Part shown: positions 29,460-39,792 of the stretch, one piece after another | Layout: each line of letters begins with the position of its first letter | Numbering within the stretch: the first letter of the stretch is position 1 | Origin: an uncultured Armatimonadetes bacterium | GTDB lineage: Bacteria > Armatimonadota > Hebobacteria > Hebobacterales > Hebobacteraceae | DNA length: 64,000 bases | Assembly: GCA_963716175.1 (NCBI GenBank) | Contig: OY970296.1 | Span: 2,144,001-2,208,000 of the forward strand | Direction: 5' to 3' | Program-made: the position numbers and the translations under genes | The notes under the pieces: model-generated | Seen by the model: only the letters and a program-made list of their open reading frames with translations | Told to the model about the DNA's origin: nothing | The model's database searches: none

Positions 29460-29590
29460 CTAGAGCGCATTTCATAACCTACCGGCTGGCTGGCCCCACC
29501 ACGCCCTCGCATGAAATGCGCCTGCTACTGCCTGACGTTGTGCAGTGCTGTTTCATAACCTCCCCTGGGAGGGTTATGAAACAGCTCCTA
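29460..29590. repeat. Nested inverted-repeat element (MITE-like)
   Basis: TTTCATAACC twice and (GGTT)ATGAAA twice; outer ends TAGAGCGCATTTCATAACC and GGTTATGAAACAGCTCCTA. Confidence 0.55.
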
Positions 29591-29791
29591 TCCAGGCCCC
29601 AAAACCGTCCCACACCGCTGATGCTGCGGGCCCGCCGTCTTGTACTAGCTTCGACACAGGGTGTCACACTCCTGGGCCGAAGTGAGCAAACTTGAACGGC
29701 AGATCATGGTGGCGTTGCCGCGTGGCGGCCTACTCCGCTCAATGCAGATCAGAGAAGTGCGTGAGGCGAGGAGCGACGGAGGAGGCGATGC

Positions 29792-30130
29792 ATGATAGAG
29801 AGCTATCGCTTCGGGGCCGTCGTCATTGACGGCCACGAGTACACGGAGGACGTGATCGTCTTCCCCGACCGGGTGTCCCCCCATTGGTGGCGCAAGGAAG
29901 GCCATCTGCTTCAGCTTGAGGATCTGCAGGAGGCGCTGGCGGACCGTCCCGAGGTGCTGATCGTAGGAAGCGGGACCCAGGAACGCATGCGCGTAGCCCA
30001 AGAAGTCGTCACCTGCACCAGGGAGCTGGGCATCGAGCTGCTGGTATTCGAGACACGGACGGCCTGTCGCACTTTCAACGAACTCTCGCCCCGCCGCCGC
30101 GCGGTGGCTGCGCTCCATCTCACCTGCTAG
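29792..30130 (+). CDS. Mth938-like (DUF498) domain protein
   Basis: IESY.FG...IDG..Y..D, WWRKEGH, IVG.G, AC..FN.L, AALHLTC; SD GGAGG. Confidence 0.9.
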   Translation: MIESYRFGAVVIDGHEYTEDVIVFPDRVSPHWWRKEGHLLQLEDLQEALADRPEVLIVGSGTQERMRVAQEVVTCTRELGIELLVFETRTACRTFNELSPRRRAVAALHLTC

Positions 30131-30151
30131 CCGGCCTGGCAGCTCGCCAGC

Positions 30152-30748
30152 CTATGCTACCCTGAGCGCCGGCGACTCGCGCCCCCAGGCTTCCGCGAGA
30201 ATGCACTTGCCCGCCGCACCCTCAGCCCAGTGGGCCGGCGAAGCGAGCGCGCCGGCTGCCGCGCCCAGGAGGAAGCAGATCAGACCAAAGCTGAAAGCCA
30301 GCCAGGGAAAAGGTGGCCGGGCTTCCTCGAGACCCACGTTGATGAAGGCGGAGCTGTTGCTGCGATCCATCCCCGGCACATCGTCGAATGGATCCACGGT
30401 TGCGGCGAGCAAATGCATGCCACGGCTGCCGGTAAAGGTAAGGTGCCAGGTCACGCTCTCACCTGGCGCGAGCGGCTTCGGCAGTCTCCAGTCCGCGTAG
30501 CCGCCTCCGTCCACGGTGAATGCGACCGGAACCGGGGGCAGCGGGGCGTCGCCGCCGTTGCGAATCTCGACGCTGACCGGAATGCGAGCCTGAGCGCGCA
30601 GGCTCTTGCCCCGGGCCATGATCTGCACCGCAGGTGCGGGCCGGCCCGCGCTGCCTGCGGACTGGGCAGGCCGAGTCGGGGCATCGGCTTGCTTGAGGGG
30701 GCCGCTGGCGAGCAGGGCCGGTAGGAAGAGCAGGAGGCTCAAGGGCAC
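30152..30748 (-). CDS. Secreted or membrane-anchored CARDB/Ig-like domain protein
   Basis: Signal-like N-terminus; V.IRN.G, LAPGES, G.H.L...VDP...V; C-terminal TM helix. Confidence 0.6.
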   Translation of the reverse strand: MPLSLLLFLPALLASGPLKQADAPTRPAQSAGSAGRPAPAVQIMARGKSLRAQARIPVSVEIRNGGDAPLPPVPVAFTVDGGGYADWRLPKPLAPGESVTWHLTFTGSRGMHLLAATVDPFDDVPGMDRSNSSAFINVGLEEARPPFPWLAFSFGLICFLLGAAAGALASPAHWAEGAAGKCILAEAWGRESPALRVA

Positions 30749-30833
30749 AAGCGCAGGTGTTCTGCTTCACTGCTGGCAGTCCTGCCCGATGAGCGGGCCG
30801 GCCCAGGGACAAGTGCCGCGCTTAGGCCGTTTC

Positions 30834-30862
30834 TTTACACTGGGTGGGCCCCATGCTATAAT
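30834..30862 (+). promoter_or_regulatory. Sigma70-type promoter of the lpx operon
   Basis: TTTACA (30834-39), 17-bp spacer, extended -10 TGcTATAAT (30854-62). Confidence 0.75.
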
Positions 30863-30974
30863 GCGCCGCGATCAGGCTGGCAGCGAAGTCGCCAATGCTT
30901 GACCATGTGTGTATGGGGCCGCCCTAGGCGGCGCTTGGGGGGAGGCGCCAAGCTAGCCGGCTGGTTGATCGCCG

Positions 30975-31871
30975 ATGAGCAGGAGCGCGGAACAGACCAC
31001 AGTCGCGCGACCGGTGCGCAAGCAGGGGATTGGAATGCATACCGGCGCGAGGAGCGCTCTGACCCTGCTGCCCGCGGAACCCGACGCGGGCATTGTTTTC
31101 ATCTCCGATTCCGGGGCCCAAGTCCCGGCGACAGCCGAGTACGTAGTGGGGACCGATCGGGCCACCACCCTGGGGGTTGGCACAGCCCGCGTCGGCACGG
31201 TAGAGCACCTCCTGGCAACACTCTATGCCATGGGCGTGGATAACGCGGTGGTCGCCGTGGAGGGCCCGGAGGTGCCGGCCTGCGATGGGAGCGCCCGGGA
31301 ATGGGTGGATCTGCTCCGCCAGGCCGGCCGCAAGCGGCTGGGAAAGCGCCGTGAGGTGCGCTCCTTGCGGGCGGCGAGTTGGGCCGGCGAAGGGGAGTCC
31401 TGGCTGATGGCCCTGCCTGCGTCCGGGGGCCTGTCGCTGGCGGTGGGCATTGACTTCGCTGGCACGGCCGTGGGACGGCAGGCGGTGTGCATGTCGGTGA
31501 CGGGGGCCAGGTTCGCGGCCGAGCTGGCCCGCGCCCGCACCTTCGTCTTCGAGCACGAACTGGAGGGGCTGCGCGCAGCCGGCCTGGCGAGAGGCGGCAG
31601 CGAGGAGAACGGCTTCGCCATCGGGCCTGGAGGCTACTCCGGGCCGCTGCGGTTCCCGGACGAGGTGGTGCGGCACAAAGCGCTGGACCTGGTGGGCGAC
31701 CTGGCGCTGTGCGGTCATAGGTTGCAGGCCCAGGTGGTGGCGGTGCGGCCCAGCCACCAGAGCAACGTGGCGCTGGCGAGGGCGCTGCGCGCCGCACTCG
31801 CGCAGGATGAGCCATGGTCTCGCCGCCGAGAGCGAGAGGCCTGCGGAGAGGCGCCGCGGGGGCGCGAGTGA
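30975..31871 (+). CDS. lpxC: UDP-3-O-acyl-N-acetylglucosamine deacetylase
   Basis: GIGMHTG, TVEHLLA, DGSA, ARTF, HK.LD.VGDL, SH..N. Confidence 0.93.
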   Translation: MSRSAEQTTVARPVRKQGIGMHTGARSALTLLPAEPDAGIVFISDSGAQVPATAEYVVGTDRATTLGVGTARVGTVEHLLATLYAMGVDNAVVAVEGPEVPACDGSAREWVDLLRQAGRKRLGKRREVRSLRAASWAGEGESWLMALPASGGLSLAVGIDFAGTAVGRQAVCMSVTGARFAAELARARTFVFEHELEGLRAAGLARGGSEENGFAIGPGGYSGPLRFPDEVVRHKALDLVGDLALCGHRLQAQVVAVRPSHQSNVALARALRAALAQDEPWSRRREREACGEAPRGRE

Positions 31872-31904
31872 AGGCGCTGGCAGCAGGGACGAGGAGAAAC
31901 GCGG

Positions 31905-32375
31905 ATGATGGACATCAACCAGATCCAAGCTGTGCTCCGGCACCGCTACCCGTTCTTACTGGTGGATCGGGTGCTGGAGCTGGAGCCCGGGAAGCGCGCG
32001 GTCGGGGTCAAGAACGTCACCATCAACGAGGCCCACTTCGTGGGGCACTTCCCGGGGAACCCGATCATGCCCGGGGTGCTGATCGTGGAGGCGATGGCTC
32101 AGGTGGGAGGCATCCTGCTGCTGGCCAGCACCGCCAACGAAGGGAAGCTCGCCTTCTTCGCCGGCATTGACAAGCTCCGATTCCGCCGACCGGTGGTGCC
32201 GGGGGACCAACTGGTAACCGAGGTGGTTCTCATTAAGACCAAGGGTGACATCGGACGCGTGACTGTGGTGGGAAAAGTAGACGGCCAGGTGGTGGCCGAA
32301 GGCGAGTATCTGTTCGCGCTGCGCCCCGATCAAGGCCCGGACACCCTTGTGGCCGGCCCGGCGGAGGAGGCCTGA
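31905..32375 (+). CDS. fabZ: 3-hydroxyacyl-ACP dehydratase
   Basis: [27 protein letters not shown]. Confidence 0.96.
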   Translation: MMDINQIQAVLRHRYPFLLVDRVLELEPGKRAVGVKNVTINEAHFVGHFPGNPIMPGVLIVEAMAQVGGILLLASTANEGKLAFFAGIDKLRFRRPVVPGDQLVTEVVLIKTKGDIGRVTVVGKVDGQVVAEGEYLFALRPDQGPDTLVAGPAEEA

Positions 32376-32376
32376 G

Positions 32377-33168
32377 GTGGCGCGCATCCATCCCACGGCC
32401 ATCGTAGATCGCGACTGCGAGCTGGCCGACGACGTCGAGATCGGCCCCTATGCCATCATCCGCAACGGCTGCATCATCGGGTCCGGCACCGTAGTGGACG
32501 CCCACGTCATGCTGGAGCACACCACCATAGGGGAGGACTGCCGCCTCTACTTCAGCGCGGCCATCGGCGCGCCGCCTCAGGACCTGCACTATCGCGGTGA
32601 GCCCACTCGCGTGACCATTGGCGACCGCAACCAGATCCGCGAGCATGTGACTATCCACCGCGCCAGCGGCGAAGGCTGCGTCACCAGCGTGGGCAATGAC
32701 TGCATGCTGATGGCCATGACTCACCTCGGGCACAACTGCCAGGTTGGCGACCAGGTGATGTTAGCGACGCTCTCTGGGATGAGCGGCCACGTGATCCTGG
32801 AAGATCGAGTGATCATTGGGGGCATGGTGGGCTCCCACCAGTTGGTGCGGGTGGGCACCATGGCCATGGTGAGCGGTTACTCGAAGCTGAGCCAGGATGT
32901 TCCGCCCTATAGCCTGGTGGATGGAAAGCCCGCGCGGGTGATCGGGCCCAACATCATAGGGCTGCGCCGGGCCGGGGTGGAACCGGAGACCAGGCGGGCG
33001 ATCCAAAGGGCATTTCGGCTGATCTACCGCTCCGGCCTGGAGATGTCGCGCGCCCTGGAGCAGGTGAGCGAAGAGCTGGGGACCCTCCCGGAGGTGCGCT
33101 ATCTGGTGCACTTCCTGATCCGCATGCGCAATGGCCGGGTGGGACGACAGCAAGAAGTCGCTAGCTGA
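32377..33168 (+). CDS. lpxA: Acyl-ACP-UDP-N-acetylglucosamine O-acyltransferase
   Basis: IHPTAIV, hexapeptide repeats, PQDL, IRE.VTIHR, H..H.C, HQ..R.G, QDVPPY. Confidence 0.94.
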   Translation: MARIHPTAIVDRDCELADDVEIGPYAIIRNGCIIGSGTVVDAHVMLEHTTIGEDCRLYFSAAIGAPPQDLHYRGEPTRVTIGDRNQIREHVTIHRASGEGCVTSVGNDCMLMAMTHLGHNCQVGDQVMLATLSGMSGHVILEDRVIIGGMVGSHQLVRVGTMAMVSGYSKLSQDVPPYSLVDGKPARVIGPNIIGLRRAGVEPETRRAIQRAFRLIYRSGLEMSRALEQVSEELGTLPEVRYLVHFLIRMRNGRVGRQQEVAS

Positions 33169-33297
33169 AGAGCCCCCGGAGGTCAGAGCAGTGTCACTGC
33201 GCGCACTCGGTTGCCTGGGAGCTCTCACGTGCCCCGCGTTCCAGGGCGGGGCCGCGTCGCCCGGGCCGGTGAGCCCCGCGCGCGAATCTGGCTAACC

Positions 33298-34532
33298 ATG
33301 GGGACGCGGCAACCGCCGAGAACCGGGGGCTGTGGGAGGCAGGGGGAGCGACACCAGGGCCACCAGGCCTCCGTGTTCCTGGTGGCCGGCGAGGCCTCTG
33401 GGGACTGGGCGGGGGCGCGACTTGCCCGGGCGCTGCACGCGGCGAGCGCCGGCCTGCGGCTGCGCGGGATTGGGGGAAGCAGATGGCGGCGGCCGGCGTC
33501 GAAGTCATCGCTGATAGCTCCAACTGGGCCGCGATCGGGGTGTTCGAGGCCGTCTCCAAGCTGCCGCGAGTCTGGCACGCGCTGCGGGCGGCGCGGGCTG
33601 ATCTCACCAGTGCGCCTCCCGCTGCCCTGGTGCTGATTGACTCCGGAGCCGTAAACATGCGCCTGGCGCGAGCAGTGCGGCGGCTCGGCCTGCCGACCCT
33701 CTACTACTTCCCGCCCGGATCCTGGCGGCAGCGGCCCCGGGGCCTCGCGGTCCGGGACCTGGTTGACATGATCGCAACTCCTTTCCCCTGGTCGCGGGAG
33801 CTGCTGAGCGGAGGCCGAGCGCGAGTGGAATGGGTGGGGCATCCGGTGGTCGAAGCCGCGCGGCCTCAGCTCTCCCGAGAACAGGCCTGGCAGCGCTACC
33901 AGCTCGACCCTCTGCGGCCGGTGGTGGCGCTCGCGCCCGGCAGCCGCGCCCAGGAGATACACTACCTTCTGCCCGTGCTGGCGCAGGCCGCGGCCCGCCT
34001 GTCAGGGCAGTTCCCGGGAGTGCAGTTCCTGGTGCCAGTGGCGCCATCAGTTCGCCCAGACCGGATCGGCGCGGCCCTGCGAGAGGCTGGAGTGCAGGCA
34101 GCGCTGATAGAGGGAATGGATTACGACGCGCTGCAACTGTCGCAAGCGGCCGCGGTCTGCTCCGGGACGGTGACGCTGGAGTTCGCTTGCCTCGGGGTCC
34201 CCATGGTGGTGGTGTACCGCGCCAGCCGGATGACCACCCTGCAATACCGGTTGATCCGGGGTTGGGTCGGGGGCCAGCGTTTCGCGGCCATGCCCAACAT
34301 CATCGCGCGACGGGAAGTGGTGCGCGAGCTGCTGGGGTCAGGCGCGACGCCCGAGGCCATCGCACGGGAGGTGGGATTGCTGCTCTCAGACCAGGGACGG
34401 CGGGCCCGCACCCAGGCCGATCTCACCCAGGTAATAGCTGCGCTGGGGCCGCCCGGCGCCTCCAGGCGAACCGCTGAGATGGTGCTGGAGCTGATCGGAG
34501 AGAGGGAGAGGACTGGTGCGCCAGCCTGCTGA
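33298..34532 (+). CDS. lpxB: Lipid-A-disaccharide synthase, split by a -1 frameshift near 33480
   Basis: VAGEASGD and GIGG in ORF 33211-33636; VGHP, PGSR..E, SGT.TLE, PNII in ORF 33483-34532. Confidence 0.9.
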
Positions 34533-36390
34533 CGGTGGCGCGGGCGGCTTTCAGGCGCTGCGGGTGCTGCGACGCCTGCTGGCTCGAGCACATCCCCAGC
34601 GCTGGTCTGCCCACGGAGCCCTGGCCTGCGTGTTCGGGGAGGCCGTGGTAGAGAACGGCGTCCTCCCGGTGCTGCTGGCCTTCATGCTTCTCGCCATCGC
34701 TCCCTCGCTGGCGGGATCGGCACTGGGCGGAGGCGGGCGGGCGGACTGGATTCAGCGCCTGGGCTGGGTGCAGTCCGATACGCCGGAGCACCGAGTGCGA
34801 AGCCTGCTCATCTTTGCCGCCGCCATGTTGGCGGCCTGGTTCCTCAAGAGCATCTTCACTTTCGGCCGCAGCTACCTCTCGCAGCATTTCGCCCAGGGGT
34901 TCATCCGCGAGCTGCGGCGGCAGCTCTACGACCACCTGCTGAGGCAGTCGCTCGCCTTCTACCGGGCGCGGGAGACCGGCGACCTGCTGTCCCGGGTGAG
35001 CAATGATGTGATGGTGCTGCAGCGCGTGCTGAGCACAGACTTGGTCGACGCGGCGCGGGCGCCCGTCACCATGCTCACCGCGGTGGCCCTGATGGCCTCT
35101 CTGGAATGGCGCTTGATGCTGTTCGCGCTGGCCTGCGTGCCGGTGATCTCGTTCCTGATCGCGCGGTCGGGTGAGCGGCTGCGCCGGCTGGCCCGAGAGA
35201 CGCAGCGCCGCCTGGGGCGGCTGAACTCGTTCCTCCAGGAGCGGCTGGCAGGGGTGGAGACGGTGCAGCTCTTCAGCATGGAAGCGCAGGAGGCAGAGAG
35301 GTTCCGGGAGATCAACGACAGCAATTATCGAGTGAACATCCGGGCCGCGGGGGCCGCCTCCCTGCTGGTGCCACTGGTCGAGCTCGTGGGGGCCGTGGGC
35401 ATGGTGAGCCTGGTATGTGTGGCCGGCTACCTGGCCATCAAGGGGCCGCTCAGCCTACCGACGCTGGTGGCCTTCGCCTACGTCAGTCAGAGCCTGGGGA
35501 GCAAGCTCGGCCTGCTCGGCAAGATCTGGCTGTCCGCCCAGCAAGGCGCGGCCGCCGGCGACCGCATCTTCGAGATCCTGGACATGCACGAGGAGGTGCC
35601 CGAGGCGCCTGGGGCCCCAGAGATGCCACGCCTGCGGGGAAGGATCGTCTTCCACAACGTCGCCTTTCGCTACCGGGAGGGGGAGCCCGTGCTGCGCGGC
35701 GTGGACCTGGCCATCGAGCCCGGCCAGGTGGCGGCCCTGGTCGGGGCGAGCGGCGCGGGAAAGACCAGCCTGGCCAATCTCATCCCTCGCTTCTACGACC
35801 CCGCCTCCGGCCGCATCGAGGTTGACGGGGTGGACATCAGGGGCGTCACTCTGCGGTCGCTGCGGTCTCAGATCGGCATTGTGCCCCAGGAGCCGATTCT
35901 CTTCGGAGGGTCCGTCGCCGAAAATATCGCCTACGGCCAGCCAGGCGCTAGCATAGAGGAGATACAAGCGGCTGCCGGCGCGGCAAACGCGGATGATTTC
36001 ATCCAGGCCTTCCCGCAGGGCTACGATACTCCTATCGGCGAGCGCGGGGTCCGTCTCTCCGGTGGCCAGCGCCAGCGCATTGCCATCGCCCGAGCCCTGC
36101 TGCGAGACCCGCGGGTGCTGATCCTGGACGAGGCCACCAGCGCGCTCGATGCCGAATCAGAGGCCCTGGTGCAGACCGCGCTGGAGCGCCTGATGCAGGG
36201 CCGCACCACGCTGGTGATCGCCCACCGCCTTTCCACCATCCAGCGCGCCGACCGCATTCTGGTGCTCTCCGAGGGGCGAATCGTGGAGGATGGCAAGCAC
36301 AGGGAACTCCTGCGGCGGGGCGGCGCCTACCGGCGCCTGTATGAGGCCCAGCTCCAGCCACCGCGCCAGGAGGCGCCGGCCGCGTCATGA
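34516..36390 (+). CDS. msbA: MsbA-like ABC exporter (lipid A flippase)
   Basis: TM domain plus GASGAGKT, LSGGQRQR, LDEATSALD, AHRL; located in the lpx operon. Confidence 0.75.
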   Translation: MRQPADGGAGGFQALRVLRRLLARAHPQRWSAHGALACVFGEAVVENGVLPVLLAFMLLAIAPSLAGSALGGGGRADWIQRLGWVQSDTPEHRVRSLLIFAAAMLAAWFLKSIFTFGRSYLSQHFAQGFIRELRRQLYDHLLRQSLAFYRARETGDLLSRVSNDVMVLQRVLSTDLVDAARAPVTMLTAVALMASLEWRLMLFALACVPVISFLIARSGERLRRLARETQRRLGRLNSFLQERLAGVETVQLFSMEAQEAERFREINDSNYRVNIRAAGAASLLVPLVELVGAVGMVSLVCVAGYLAIKGPLSLPTLVAFAYVSQSLGSKLGLLGKIWLSAQQGAAAGDRIFEILDMHEEVPEAPGAPEMPRLRGRIVFHNVAFRYREGEPVLRGVDLAIEPGQVAALVGASGAGKTSLANLIPRFYDPASGRIEVDGVDIRGVTLRSLRSQIGIVPQEPILFGGSVAENIAYGQPGASIEEIQAAAGAANADDFIQAFPQGYDTPIGERGVRLSGGQRQRIAIARALLRDPRVLILDEATSALDAESEALVQTALERLMQGRTTLVIAHRLSTIQRADRILVLSEGRIVEDGKHRELLRRGGAYRRLYEAQLQPPRQEAPAAS

Positions 36391-37736
36391 ACCTCCCTGC
36401 CGGCTCCTCCCCAGCCTACGCGCGGAACGGCGGGAGGCAATGGCGCCTGGCGGCGGAGCTCTTCACCTATAATACGTTGCTGCTGGCAGGGGCTCCAGCC
36501 ATCGCCTGCTGGCTGCTGTGGAGAGCGCTGCGACGGAAGGCATTAGGATGCTGGCGGCATCGGCTGGGGCTGGTGCCTCGGCTCCCCGTGCGGGAGGGCC
36601 CGCGGATCTGGCTGCACGCGGTTTCCGCGGGCGAGGTAGGCGCGGCCAAGCCGGTGCTGGAGGCGCTGCGCCAAGGGCTGCCGGGGGCGCGGATCGCGCT
36701 CTCCACCGTCACTCAGGCCGGGATGACGATCGCGCGAAAGAGCTGCGGCAGCGCCAATGTCTTCCTGTACCTGCCCCTGGATGTCCCGGCGGCGATGGGG
36801 CTTGCCCTCAGCCGCCTGCGGCCCGACCTGGTGGTAGTCACGGAGAAAGAGCTGTGGCCCAACTTCCTGGGCCTGGCCCGCCTCTCGGGGGCGCGGGTGC
36901 TGATGGTGAATGGACGGGTATCCAATCGTATGGCGCAACGGGCGCGGTGGGCAGGGAGATTCGTGCAATGGCTGTACCGTCTGCCCGACCGCCTCTGCGT
37001 GCAATCCCAGCAGGACGCGCGGCGTCTCGTGGACCTTGGCGTAGAGCCAGCGCGCATCCTGGTGGCCGGGAACACCAAGGTGGACGGGATGGCCGAGCGG
37101 GACCAGCAGGCCGAGGCGAAGCTCGCGGCAGAGCTGGCGGTTTCCCCAGGCGACCTGTGGCTGGTGGCTGGCAGCACCCACCCAGGAGAAGAGGAAGCTG
37201 TGATCGAGGCCTTCCGCCTGATTCGCTCTCAGCTCCCCGGGGCGCGGCTGCTGCTCGCCCCGCGCCACCTGGAGCGGGTGCCGGCGATCTCGGCGCTGGT
37301 GGCCCAGCGCGGATTCCCCGTGGTGCGCAGGAGCGAGCGGGCGGCTGCTTCTGCGGCGCCCGTGGTGGTGTTAGATACCATGGGGGAGCTGCGGGCGGCC
37401 TATGGCTGCGCCACCGCTGCGTTCGTTGGCGGCACGCTGGCCCCTGTCGGCGGCCACAACCTGTTGGAGCCGGTGGCTGCAGGGCGGCCGGTGCTGTTCG
37501 GCCCCCACACCGAGGAGTGCGCCGACATGGCGGACCTGGTGCTGGAGTCCGGAGTGGGCTTTCGGGTGAGCAGCGGAGCCGAGCTGGCGGGGCAGTTCAT
37601 CCGGCTCGCCGCTGACGCCTCCCTGCGGGCCCGCATCGCGGCGACGGGAGAGGCGCTGATCGCGGGGCAGCGAGGGGCGGCGCGCCGCTGCGCGGAGGCA
37701 GCGCAGAGTCTGCTGGGCCTGCGGGCCGTGAGCTGA
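36387..37736 (+). CDS. waaA: 3-deoxy-D-manno-octulosonic acid (Kdo) transferase
   Basis: WLHAVS.GE, E.ELWPN, GSTHPGEE, APRHLER, GGHNLLEP. Confidence 0.93.
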   Translation: MNLPAGSSPAYARNGGRQWRLAAELFTYNTLLLAGAPAIACWLLWRALRRKALGCWRHRLGLVPRLPVREGPRIWLHAVSAGEVGAAKPVLEALRQGLPGARIALSTVTQAGMTIARKSCGSANVFLYLPLDVPAAMGLALSRLRPDLVVVTEKELWPNFLGLARLSGARVLMVNGRVSNRMAQRARWAGRFVQWLYRLPDRLCVQSQQDARRLVDLGVEPARILVAGNTKVDGMAERDQQAEAKLAAELAVSPGDLWLVAGSTHPGEEEAVIEAFRLIRSQLPGARLLLAPRHLERVPAISALVAQRGFPVVRRSERAAASAAPVVVLDTMGELRAAYGCATAAFVGGTLAPVGGHNLLEPVAAGRPVLFGPHTEECADMADLVLESGVGFRVSSGAELAGQFIRLAADASLRARIAATGEALIAGQRGAARRCAEAAQSLLGLRAVS

Positions 37737-38845
37737 TGCAAGCCGACAGCTGGTGGCTGCGGGTAGTGCGGGGAGAGGCGCGAACGCCGGGGCAGCGGCT
37801 GGCCGCGGCCGGCCTGTGGGCGCTCTCCGTCGGCTATGGGCTAGCGCTGCGCGCCCACCTCGCAGGCTATCGTCTGGGGGTGGCCAGGCGAACACGATTC
37901 CCCGCGCTCGTGATCAGCATCGGCAACCTAACCACCGGGGGCACCGGGAAGACCACCGCCTCCCTGGCGGTGGCGCGGTGGCTCTGCGAGCAGGGGCGGC
38001 GGGTGGCCTACCTTAGCCGCGGCTACCGTGGAGCCGGGGAGAGGGAAGCCTTGATCGTGTCCGAGGGATTCGGGCCGCTGCTGCCAGTGGAGGCGGCGGG
38101 TGATGAGGCCTACCTGGTATCGCGCGCTCTGCCGGAGGTGTTCGTGCTAGTGGGCAAGGACCGCCGCCGCACCGGCGCACTCGCCCTCGAGAAAGGGGCC
38201 GATGCGCTGGTGCTGGACGATGGGTTCCAGTATCAGCGGCTGGAGCGGGACCTGGACCTGGTGCTGGTGGACGCGCTGATCCCATTCGGGTATGATTTTC
38301 TGCTGCCGCGAGGGCTGCTTCGGGAGCCCCCCTCCCATCTGGCGAGGGCCGATGGGGTCTGGCTGACCCACTCCGATCTGGTGAGGCGCAGCGACCTGGA
38401 GGCGCTCCGCGCCCGGGTGCAGAGTCTGGCTCCCGGGGCGCGGCTGTGGGAGACAGCCCACCGGCCAGTGCTGCTGCGGGGCCTGACGCGCGACGATGCC
38501 GTTGCGCCGGAGGCAGTGAGGGGGCGCCGGGTGTGCGCTCTCTCGGGCCTGGGCAACCCCCTGGCCTTCGAGCGCAGCCTGGAGCGGCTGGGCGCGCAGG
38601 TGGTGGCCCGCGTGCGTTTTCCGGACCATCACCCGTACCGGGCGGATGAGCTGCGAGAGGTGCTGCCCGCGCAGGCGAGCCGGGCGGAGTGGATTGTCAC
38701 CACTGAGAAAGACGCGGTGAGAATGCCCGAAGGCGATTTCGACAAGCCGGTGTGGGCGCTCGCGGTGGAGCTGGCGGGAGGGCCGGGGGCTCCGGCCCTG
38801 TCGGAGGAATTGGGTTGGCTGCTGGCCGCAAAGCAGAACAGGTGA
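37736..38845 (+). CDS. lpxK: Tetraacyldisaccharide 4'-kinase
   Basis: IGNLTTGGTGKT, LSRGY, GDE, LDDGFQ, FPDHH, TTEKDAV. Confidence 0.95.
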   Translation: MQADSWWLRVVRGEARTPGQRLAAAGLWALSVGYGLALRAHLAGYRLGVARRTRFPALVISIGNLTTGGTGKTTASLAVARWLCEQGRRVAYLSRGYRGAGEREALIVSEGFGPLLPVEAAGDEAYLVSRALPEVFVLVGKDRRRTGALALEKGADALVLDDGFQYQRLERDLDLVLVDALIPFGYDFLLPRGLLREPPSHLARADGVWLTHSDLVRRSDLEALRARVQSLAPGARLWETAHRPVLLRGLTRDDAVAPEAVRGRRVCALSGLGNPLAFERSLERLGAQVVARVRFPDHHPYRADELREVLPAQASRAEWIVTTEKDAVRMPEGDFDKPVWALAVELAGGPGAPALSEELGWLLAAKQNR

Positions 38846-39792
38846 GCCCGATCTACGGTCCTGAGGGGCGCTCGCTTCTCTATGCCTGGCACCGGAGGCT
38901 GCAGAGCCGGCTGGGCAATGCCGCGGTGCTGTGGATGGCGCGCCGCCACCGCAGCATCCCGGAACGGGCCGGCTACCGCCTGGGAGCGGCAGTTGGCACG
39001 CTGATGCGCCGCATCTCGCCCCGCCACTACCGGATCGTGCTCACCAACCTGCGGCTCGCCTTCGGCGAGGAGAAGCGCGAGGCCGAGCTGCGCCAGCTTG
39101 CGATCGAGTGCTATCGCCATCTGGGCAAATGCCTGATCGAGTTCATCCGGCTGCCGGCGATGAGCAGTGAGGAGATCAAACGCGTGGTCCGGATTCAGGG
39201 CAGACAGCACCTTGATGCCGCGCTGGCGGCCGGGAAGGGCGTCATCCTGCTCACCGGCCACCTGGGCAACTGGGAGATGGTGGGGGCGCGCATCGCCGCC
39301 GCAGGCTATCCCCTGAACGTGATCGCGCGGGCGCAGCGGGACGACACGCTCACCCAGTACATCCTGCGCACCCGCGAGGTGGTGGGGATGCACGTCCTGC
39401 ACCAGGAGGTGGCAGTGAGGCGGTCGCTGCTTGCGCTGCGACAGAACCAGCTCGTGGGCATTCTGCTGGACCAGAATGCTGGCGACGAGGGCCTCTTTGT
39501 GGACTTCTTCGGCCGCCTCGCGTCCACCGCTGCCGGGGCCGCTGCCTTCGCCCTGCGCACGGGAGCCGCGGTGCTGCCGACGGTGGGATGGAGAAACCCG
39601 GATGATACTCATACTGCGGCCATCGGTGAGGCGGTCCCACTGATCCGCACGGGCGACCGGGACCAGGATCTGCTGGTCAACACTGCTCGGTATACTAAGC
39701 TCATCGAGCAGGCCATCCGGCAGCATCCGGCGCAGTGGTTCTGGCTGCACAAACGCTGGAAGAGCAGGCCTCCCGAGGAACAGCCGGCATGA
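38842..39792 (+). CDS. Lipid A late (lauroyl/myristoyl) acyltransferase, LpxL/HtrB family
   Basis: GHLGNWE, DQ, FFG, P.QW.W.HKRWK. Confidence 0.88.
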   Translation: MSPIYGPEGRSLLYAWHRRLQSRLGNAAVLWMARRHRSIPERAGYRLGAAVGTLMRRISPRHYRIVLTNLRLAFGEEKREAELRQLAIECYRHLGKCLIEFIRLPAMSSEEIKRVVRIQGRQHLDAALAAGKGVILLTGHLGNWEMVGARIAAAGYPLNVIARAQRDDTLTQYILRTREVVGMHVLHQEVAVRRSLLALRQNQLVGILLDQNAGDEGLFVDFFGRLASTAAGAAAFALRTGAAVLPTVGWRNPDDTHTAAIGEAVPLIRTGDRDQDLLVNTARYTKLIEQAIRQHPAQWFWLHKRWKSRPPEEQPA

